Positions 56,370-64,000 of a DNA stretch of 64,000 nucleotides are shown here, piece by piece. Position numbers and translations under genes: made by a program. The notes below the pieces were generated by a model, which saw nothing but the letters and a program-made list of their open reading frames with translations, did no database searches and had not been told where the DNA came from. Origin of the DNA: a virus; the IMG/VR virus record IMGVR_UViG_3300044634_002329, positions 1-64,000 of that record. One strand, written 5' to 3'. Each line of letters starts with the position of its first letter. The stretch's first letter is position 1.

Positions 56370-59300
56370 ATGGCAAAGAATTTACAAAATACATCCCAGA
56401 ATGTAACTAATAATTTTAATAAAGGATTAAATAAAGATTATGATCCTTCACTAGTACAAGAAGGTATGTGGACTCATGCTAGAAATGCTAGTAATAATAC
56501 TATTGAAGGTGACGTAGGTTCATTGTCTAATGAATCAGCTAACTTTATATGTGGTATTACTGGAACAACCATGCCATTAACTGTTGTTAAAAAATATATT
56601 ATTGGTGCTATTCAAATATTTTCTGATAAATGGTTAATATTTACTGCTGGTCATAATCCATTAGGTCAATCTATTTCATCTGAAATTGGATTATTAGAAG
56701 AAGAGTCATGTTCTTATAGACCTATTGTACAAGATGCTTGTTTAAGTTTTGATAAAAGATTTTTAATTACCGGAGCTTCTAAAGAAAATGAAGATTGTAG
56801 TTGGTCAGTATTTTTTGCAGACGGTAATAATCCAGATAGATATATTAATATTGGAGATCCAAAAACTTGGCCATCATCTGATTATCAATGGGTAGGTACT
56901 ACTGCAGATATGAACTATTATTTTAATGGTACTGATAAATTACTTTGGCCAAATGTTCAATGGGACACATATTGCACAACTGTCAATAGTTGTATTATTT
57001 GTGAAAATTTACCATCTTTAAATTGTGATAAACTAAGACTTGCTAGATTAATGGAAACTCCATGTCTTAATGTTACATTAGGTACATCAGGTGGTACATT
57101 AAGAAATGGTTCTTATTTTGCAACTATAGCTTATAGTATTAAAGGTCAAAAAGTTACAGATTATTTTTCTCAAAGTAATGTCCAACAAATATGGACTCCT
57201 AATAATAATGAAGGTTCATTGTTAATTGAAGTAAATGCAGATAGTGTTAACTTTAGTGAATTTATATTAGTAGTAGTACAAAATATTAATCAAGGTACTG
57301 TAGCTAAACAAATTGGAATATATTCTACTAAGACTAGTAAAATTGAATTAGATCAAATTAAAGAAGATTTAATTACTGTACCATTAGAACAATTACCATT
57401 ACAAACTCCAATATTTGAAAAATCAGATCAAATTGCTGATGTAAATAATTACTTACTTAGAGTAGGGCCTACATCTAAATTTGATTTTAACTATCAACCA
57501 TTAGCTAATTTAATTAGAGCTAAATGGGCTTCTGTAGAATATCCTGCTGACTATTATATTAATGGAGGAAATAAAGGAAGTTATTTAAGAGATGAAGTTC
57601 AACCATTTTTTATTAGATGGGTGTATGATACAGGAGATAAATCTGCATCATATCATATTCCAGGAAGAGCACCAAGAACATTTTTAGTCCCAACTAATAA
57701 TACATTAACTCCAGAACAATCTGTTCTTGTAGATCAAAATAGTTTAACTGCAGATGATCAAGTATTTGAAGTTTATAATACTGCAAGTTCAGCACCTACT
57801 CCAGGTTTAGTTGGTACTATACTAGCCGATGGTGGTAAAGTTATTGATGCTGGAGATATGGGATATTGGGAATCAACTGAAATATATCCTGACAATCAAG
57901 CTGAAATTTGGAATGCTAGTGCTCATTGTTGGACAGGTGTAGGTAACGTACCAAACAATGCTTATGACTTATGTGGTCTCCCTATTAGACATCACAAATT
58001 CCCAGACAATTATTTAAATAATAATACTGTACATTTTTCAACTAATCCTTCAGCAGCAACCCAAGGTGACTCTTTAAAAATAAGAATCATGGGTGTGTAC
58101 TTTGAAAATATTATAATGCCTAAAGATAATGATGGTTATGATATTCCTGGTATAGTAGGGTATGAGATTCTTAAAGGTTCTCGTGAAGGGAACAAAAGTA
58201 TTATTGCCAAAGGTATGGTAAATAATATGAGAAGTTATGCAATAAAAGGAACAGTTGCTAGAGGTAGAGAAGGATTATATCCTAACTATCCTTTTAATAC
58301 TATTTTACCTTTAGGATATTCATCAACATCCGGAGACCATAATTATTTATTTAATGATCCTTATATTAAAATGCAGGATCCGGCTAATGAAGATGACGTA
58401 CTTAATCAACAAGTACCAAGTGATATTATTACTTTTCATTCACCGGATACTATGTTTAGAACTCCTTATCTATCAACTACAGAATTAAAACTCTATGGTT
58501 ATTTATCTGGATTTTCTACTCAACAGTTTATTGAACCAGACCAACATCCTAAGTTTAAATTATTAGCTGATGCTAGTGTAATAGTTATGTTTTTAGGTGG
58601 TATTACTGAAGCTATCATATCTTTTATTGGTAGGTATGATAAAAAAGGATCATCATTTACTTCTCCTGGATATGCAGCTGGAGATCCAACAGGACTTATT
58701 CCTTTTAGTGCTCAAGTTATAGGAGCTAGTGCTGGACAAGCTACAGCTACCGCATATGATTCGGCAATTGCAGCATATTACTCAGGTGGAGGTTCTATTG
58801 CAGATGCATTAACATATGCAGTTACAGGTCTTAGACCTATATTAGCAGGAATCAATACTGCTAAAGATACAGCACTAACACCATTGATTGCAACAGGTGG
58901 GGTTGCTGTAACAGGAGATGAATATACTTATACAGTTCCCAATTTAGATTATTTACCATTACCTCTTAGAGCACTTGGTGGGCTTAACCAAGCTTTATAT
59001 TATTTTTCTGAAGGTGCTGATGTTACTTTAAATATTATATATACTTTATTACCTTATAGACAATTTGCTTTACAATCTGTAGCTCATGGATTTTATAGTA
59101 ACATGACTAAAGAAAATATGGCTGTAGATATATTAAGATTTAAAACTGATGTAAATTTATATTTAAGAGATGCTATTCAAGAACTTCCTAGATTTCAAGA
59201 CACATCAGGTACATACCATTCTTATAGTATTAACAATCTTAAAAGATCTGATACAGTAGTAATAAGAACTACCACAGGAAATAATTTAAACCAAGGACCT

Positions 59301-61754
59301 AAATTATTAAATATAGACCAATCATTAGTTACACTAGGTACTTTAGTTCAACATGGTACAGGATCAAATTTACCAGATTTTGAAAATCAAGAAATTCCTT
59401 TTAGTTTACCTATAGCAAGTCATTATGCTGGAATAAAAGTAAGACTAAGAAATCAATATGGTCAACTGCAAGGTATTAAACAAATTGTAATATCACCTTG
59501 TGAACAAAAAATTAATTTAAATGGGTTTACATTTCAAACTGTACAAACTAATATTAATTGTCCTACATTAACATTAGGTAATCCTAATCTTGTATTTAAA
59601 AAATTAAGCATGTCTCCAATATTTTTTGGAGGAGATACTTATATAAATAGATACACTGAAAAAAATACAATGTTTTATTACTATGATTGGCTATATGGTC
59701 AACCAAATGGTTTTGAATATAATTACTATTTACATCAAATGATACCTTCTCCTAGATTTAATGTAAATAGTATTAAGTATGAAGTATCAGATATAGCACC
59801 TGGTAACTGGAATAGTCCATTACCTGGTACCGGAGCTGTACCTACTAGTTTTTATAATCTAGATTATTATAAAAATCCTAATAGAAAGTATGATTATGTT
59901 AATGATCAACCAACAGGTTTTCCAGATACATATCCAGGAATATTAGGAGTTAAAGATTCTAAATTTTATTTAGCTAATTCAGCTGTAAGAGATTTCTTTG
60001 TAGAGTCAGATGTATTAGTAGATTTTAGAGAACCTGGTTTAACAGTAGCTGAAAAAAATTATGATCCGTATAGATATACAGATTACATATCTATGTTTAA
60101 TATGAAACCTGAAATTATTACAGCAGGTAACTGGTACAGATATGATTATTCATTAAGTGCTGCAAAAGCTTATACTCAATATTTTTCAGCAGGTAATTTA
60201 CAAAGTAGATATTATAATCCTAATGTAGCTAGTTTATGTTATACATATTACCCAGATAGATTATATTATTCTTTACAACAACAGGAAGAATCATTTAAAG
60301 ATAGTTGGTTTGTATTTCTTCCTAATAATTATAAAGAGTTTAGATCTCAACTTAATGGAGTAAAATCAATTAATAAATCAGGTTTATTTATTACATTTAA
60401 AAATGATAGTCCTTTAATGTATCAAGGGGTAGATACTCTTCAAACAGATTTAGGAACTAAAATTACTATTGGTGATGGTGGGTTATTTAGTCAACCACAA
60501 CAATTAGTATCTAATGCAGATAAACCGTATGAATACGGATCATCTCAAAGTAGATTAAGTGTAGTATCTACACCAGCTGGATTATTTTATATATCTCAGA
60601 ATCAAGGTAAAGTTTTTAACTATGCTGATGGTTTAAAAGAAATATCTCAAACAGGATTAAAGTGGTGGTTTAATTTATTCTTACCATATCAATTAACAAA
60701 AGATTTTCCAAATTATCCATATAAAGATAATCCTGTAGCAGGTATTGGGTGTCAGGGTATGTATGATAATATAAACTCTGTTTTATATTTTTCTAAAAAA
60801 GACTTTAAATTAAAAGAAGAATATAAAGATCAAGTACAATATATACCAATGATAACTACTGGTAAATATAAAGGTAGAGGAGATTACTTTACTTTAAATG
60901 GTACCGGACGTTATGAATTAGGAGATGAATTTTTATTTGAAGATGCATCATGGACATTAAGTTATGACCCTAAAAGTCAATTTTGGATTAGTTTTCATGA
61001 TTGGCATCCTGATTTATCTTTACCTACTAAGACTACATTCTTAACAACTAAGAATAATACATTATGGAAACATAATGAAGCTTGTGATTATTTTTGCAAT
61101 TATTATGGAGTTGATTATCCATTTGAAGTAGAATTACCTGTTATCACAGGTAAAACTGTTACTACTACAAGATCTGTAGAATACATATTAGAATGTTATA
61201 GAAGATCATCTATTAACTGTATTGATCAATTTCAAGTGTTAGATTTTAACTTTAATAAAGCTGTAGTATTTAATTCTGAACAAGTATCTGGATATCTTAA
61301 TCTTAATATATTTCCAAAAAATAATATTACATTAAGTTTACAATATCCTATTCCTAATCCTGCAATTATTGTTGAACCAACAATTCAACCATTACCAGGA
61401 TTTGAAATATTATTTTCTAAAGAAGAAAACAAATATAGATTTAATCAGTTTTGGGATATAACTAAAGATAGAGGTGAATTTCCTATTGGTTCTACATATC
61501 CTCCAACAGGTCCTTTAGTACCAGGTACTACTGAGTTATTAGGAAATTATTCACAAGAATATATTTGGATAACTCAACCTAACGGATATGTTAAAACATT
61601 AAATCCAAATAACTTAGATATTAATAAAGCTCAATTACAAAGAAAAAAGTTTAGACATTACTTAAACTTTTTACATCTAAGAAGAGATGTATCTGGAAAT
61701 GTAAATATGATATTAAAATTAAGTGAAACAAAAAATCAACTATCTCTAAGATAA
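56370..61754 (+). CDS. tail stabilisation/muzzle protein
   Basis: 1794 aa; FNKGLNKD, IRHHKFP, FGGDTYINRY, WISFHDW. Confidence 0.8.
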   Translation: MAKNLQNTSQNVTNNFNKGLNKDYDPSLVQEGMWTHARNASNNTIEGDVGSLSNESANFICGITGTTMPLTVVKKYIIGAIQIFSDKWLIFTAGHNPLGQSISSEIGLLEEESCSYRPIVQDACLSFDKRFLITGASKENEDCSWSVFFADGNNPDRYINIGDPKTWPSSDYQWVGTTADMNYYFNGTDKLLWPNVQWDTYCTTVNSCIICENLPSLNCDKLRLARLMETPCLNVTLGTSGGTLRNGSYFATIAYSIKGQKVTDYFSQSNVQQIWTPNNNEGSLLIEVNADSVNFSEFILVVVQNINQGTVAKQIGIYSTKTSKIELDQIKEDLITVPLEQLPLQTPIFEKSDQIADVNNYLLRVGPTSKFDFNYQPLANLIRAKWASVEYPADYYINGGNKGSYLRDEVQPFFIRWVYDTGDKSASYHIPGRAPRTFLVPTNNTLTPEQSVLVDQNSLTADDQVFEVYNTASSAPTPGLVGTILADGGKVIDAGDMGYWESTEIYPDNQAEIWNASAHCWTGVGNVPNNAYDLCGLPIRHHKFPDNYLNNNTVHFSTNPSAATQGDSLKIRIMGVYFENIIMPKDNDGYDIPGIVGYEILKGSREGNKSIIAKGMVNNMRSYAIKGTVARGREGLYPNYPFNTILPLGYSSTSGDHNYLFNDPYIKMQDPANEDDVLNQQVPSDIITFHSPDTMFRTPYLSTTELKLYGYLSGFSTQQFIEPDQHPKFKLLADASVIVMFLGGITEAIISFIGRYDKKGSSFTSPGYAAGDPTGLIPFSAQVIGASAGQATATAYDSAIAAYYSGGGSIADALTYAVTGLRPILAGINTAKDTALTPLIATGGVAVTGDEYTYTVPNLDYLPLPLRALGGLNQALYYFSEGADVTLNIIYTLLPYRQFALQSVAHGFYSNMTKENMAVDILRFKTDVNLYLRDAIQELPRFQDTSGTYHSYSINNLKRSDTVVIRTTTGNNLNQGPKLLNIDQSLVTLGTLVQHGTGSNLPDFENQEIPFSLPIASHYAGIKVRLRNQYGQLQGIKQIVISPCEQKINLNGFTFQTVQTNINCPTLTLGNPNLVFKKLSMSPIFFGGDTYINRYTEKNTMFYYYDWLYGQPNGFEYNYYLHQMIPSPRFNVNSIKYEVSDIAPGNWNSPLPGTGAVPTSFYNLDYYKNPNRKYDYVNDQPTGFPDTYPGILGVKDSKFYLANSAVRDFFVESDVLVDFREPGLTVAEKNYDPYRYTDYISMFNMKPEIITAGNWYRYDYSLSAAKAYTQYFSAGNLQSRYYNPNVASLCYTYYPDRLYYSLQQQEESFKDSWFVFLPNNYKEFRSQLNGVKSINKSGLFITFKNDSPLMYQGVDTLQTDLGTKITIGDGGLFSQPQQLVSNADKPYEYGSSQSRLSVVSTPAGLFYISQNQGKVFNYADGLKEISQTGLKWWFNLFLPYQLTKDFPNYPYKDNPVAGIGCQGMYDNINSVLYFSKKDFKLKEEYKDQVQYIPMITTGKYKGRGDYFTLNGTGRYELGDEFLFEDASWTLSYDPKSQFWISFHDWHPDLSLPTKTTFLTTKNNTLWKHNEACDYFCNYYGVDYPFEVELPVITGKTVTTTRSVEYILECYRRSSINCIDQFQVLDFNFNKAVVFNSEQVSGYLNLNIFPKNNITLSLQYPIPNPAIIVEPTIQPLPGFEILFSKEENKYRFNQFWDITKDRGEFPIGSTYPPTGPLVPGTTELLGNYSQEYIWITQPNGYVKTLNPNNLDINKAQLQRKKFRHYLNFLHLRRDVSGNVNMILKLSETKNQLSLR

Positions 61755-63925
61755 TGAATAAAAAAGTTTTATCCAAAGCTGTATCTGAATTAGATAAAGC
61801 AAAAGCTCCGGCAAAACCAAAAGATATAATTACTGATCCAATGGGTCAATGGAAATTTCTTGGACAAGATACTAGAATCCCTGGTAATGGTAAAGGTGAT
61901 ACTCTTAAGATTACTATGAAGGGAGTACCAGTTCCAGTATTTGCACAACCAAATGTAGGACCCGGTGTTATGATGGAATCAGGTAAAGATTATGAGTTTC
62001 CAGATGCAGACTATGTAGATGAAAGTCCACAGATGAAAAAAGGTGGTGTACTTAGATTACCTAAAATGCCTAAGCCATCTAAAAAAGGTGTATTAAGTAA
62101 AGCTTATAGTAGAAGTTTAGATGCTACAAATAAATTATTTACTGAACATATTTTATCTAAAAAAACTAAATCTAAAAAAGGTAAAGTATTTGACCCTAAT
62201 GCTAATTATCAAGATGGTGGTTTTTCAACAAGATTAAGTGCTTCACCTGACATGGGTGCTGTAGTTAATCCATCTGTAAATTATAATAAAGGTAATTTTA
62301 ATATTAATGCTTCATCAACAGTACCTGTAGAAAATTTAAAAAATTATTCTAAAAATTTAAATGTTAATGCTACTTATAAAAAAAATTTAAAAAAATATGG
62401 TAATTTAGAATTATTAGGCAGTGGATCTTTTTCTGAAGAAAATGACCCTAATTATAATGTTGGTGTTAATTATAATAAACAATTTAAAAATGGTTTAGGA
62501 ATTAATATTAATGCAAACTCTCCATTAAAAAATATTAAAAATAATGCAAATGCAAATGTTGGTTTAACTTATAATTTTAAAGACGGTGGTTATATAGAAA
62601 CAGATCTTGCAGATGATGAAATAGAAGAACTTAGAAAAGGTGGTTATATTGTACAGGATATATCCGTACCATCAGTAGGTGGTTATAAACAAGGTGGTGC
62701 TTTACTTACTAAAAAAGTAACATGTAAAAAATGTGGTTGGAAATGGGATGCTGCAGATGGTGGTGATGATATTACTACTTGTCATAAATGTGGTGGTCAA
62801 GGATTAGTACATGCACAATTAGGACAAAATACAAAATCATATACTAATAAAGAAGGTAGTACAACAACAAAATTTACTAAACCTGATGGTACGACATATA
62901 TAAAAGTTAAAGGTGCTGATGGTAAAGAGTATAATAAAACTGTTAAGCCAATAAAACCAATGTCTCGTAAAGAGTTTATGCAGACTGATTATTATAATCA
63001 AGGTATTCAAAATCCTCAATTTAATATAACTCCTGCTGATAATACAAATGTTGTAAAACCTTTAATGCAAACTCCTGTAGCAAAACCTGTATTAGCTAAC
63101 AGAAATGAACAAAAAGCTTTAGCACAACATTTAGTCAATACAGGTGCTGCTAGTAGATATTTAGGAGATAACTATGATGATAGTAAAACATTAAATGAAG
63201 CTATGTTAGAAAAAGTTCAACAGAACCCTAACATTATGAATTCTATTAATAAACAAGAATATCAATATCTTATAGACAAAGAACAAAAAGCTTATGATAA
63301 AGCTAGTCCTTTAGAAAAAACTGCAAGTTTTATACATTCAACTATTACTGATCCTGTATTAGTAGGCTCTAATCTTATTGAAGGTAAAGCTCCTATGTTA
63401 TGGCAAGGAATGAATAGAAGAGATAATACTAATCCTGAAACACAATCTTTTTATAATCAAGCATCAGGTGCAAATGATAATATGTTAAATAATGTTGTAA
63501 ATACAATTAATCCAGGTAATACAGGAGCTAGTGCATATCAGCATAATAAAGAAGGTAATTATTTAGGTATGGTAGCTGATGTTGCTGAATTAGCAGCTAT
63601 GGGTGCAGGAGCTCTTAAAAGTGCAAAAAGTTTATCAAATGTGGGTTCTAAAATGGGAAAATTAGAAAATATTGGTAATAGAGTAAATGATATTGTTGAT
63701 GTTTCTGAAAATGCTAGTAATGAACAATTAGGTGATGGTTTAATTGGATTAGTGCCAAAATTAAATAAAGTAACTACTCCTTTAAAAGGAGCTAATGCTG
63801 CATTTAATAAAGAACCTATTATGAAAAAAGGTGGGATGACTAATAATTATATAGAACTAGAATTAACTCCTAAAGAAATTAAATGGTATGAATCTCAAGG
63901 ATATATTGTAAAAGACATAGTCTAA
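61754..63925 (+). CDS. modular cargo-type virion protein
   Basis: ITMKGV...G..M..GKDY.FP...VDE.P N-domain; modules separated by xxGG motifs. Confidence 0.65.
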   Translation: MNKKVLSKAVSELDKAKAPAKPKDIITDPMGQWKFLGQDTRIPGNGKGDTLKITMKGVPVPVFAQPNVGPGVMMESGKDYEFPDADYVDESPQMKKGGVLRLPKMPKPSKKGVLSKAYSRSLDATNKLFTEHILSKKTKSKKGKVFDPNANYQDGGFSTRLSASPDMGAVVNPSVNYNKGNFNINASSTVPVENLKNYSKNLNVNATYKKNLKKYGNLELLGSGSFSEENDPNYNVGVNYNKQFKNGLGININANSPLKNIKNNANANVGLTYNFKDGGYIETDLADDEIEELRKGGYIVQDISVPSVGGYKQGGALLTKKVTCKKCGWKWDAADGGDDITTCHKCGGQGLVHAQLGQNTKSYTNKEGSTTTKFTKPDGTTYIKVKGADGKEYNKTVKPIKPMSRKEFMQTDYYNQGIQNPQFNITPADNTNVVKPLMQTPVAKPVLANRNEQKALAQHLVNTGAASRYLGDNYDDSKTLNEAMLEKVQQNPNIMNSINKQEYQYLIDKEQKAYDKASPLEKTASFIHSTITDPVLVGSNLIEGKAPMLWQGMNRRDNTNPETQSFYNQASGANDNMLNNVVNTINPGNTGASAYQHNKEGNYLGMVADVAELAAMGAGALKSAKSLSNVGSKMGKLENIGNRVNDIVDVSENASNEQLGDGLIGLVPKLNKVTTPLKGANAAFNKEPIMKKGGMTNNYIELELTPKEIKWYESQGYIVKDIV

Positions 63926-64000
63926 ACATTTAAAGTTTAATGAATAAACTAAAATTTATTATATTTATTATATAACAAGTAGTCATGGAAAAAAGACGTG

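Noticed and set aside
29052-63019. Antisense or nested ORFs in the structural arm (e.g. 29052, 36648, 37778, 40608, 43047, 48300, 52849, 62837)
   Set aside because: Shadows of long genes with no independent signals.

Overview
AT-rich, gene-dense segment of a lytic Crassvirales (crAss-like) phage, most likely infecting a Bacteroidota/Flavobacteriales host (A-rich leaders without Shine-Dalgarno, TAnnTTTG-type promoters, Bacteroidota-type ClpS); standard genetic code. Two divergent arms meet at a non-coding G-tract junction (~20.95-21.15 kb). The left arm (minus strand) carries early/middle genes: an array of 12 repeated promoter elements, most with a small ORF and a hairpin (17.6-20.95 kb), two clusters of structured non-coding RNA (14.5-14.9 kb, 16.8-17.6 kb) including a twister-like ribozyme variant and tRNA-shaped RNAs without normal anticodon arms, plus PcfJ, HNH, SF2 helicase, ClpS and a MoxR-vWA pair. 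The right arm (plus strand) carries a metallophosphoesterase, an Acb2/Tad1-like protein, GroES, fibre genes, holin/M15 endolysin, terminase, portal, scaffold, major capsid, a cluster of basic proteins with recurrent xxGG motifs, ring/muzzle tail genes and a modular cargo-type protein. Most notable unexplained signals: an intergenic hairpin whose loop is the exact antisense of an 11-mer at the starts of scaffold, endolysin and other late genes; the early cassette array; the ncRNA clusters; and GG-delimited modules in head proteins. All family calls come from motif recognition by eye, not database searches.
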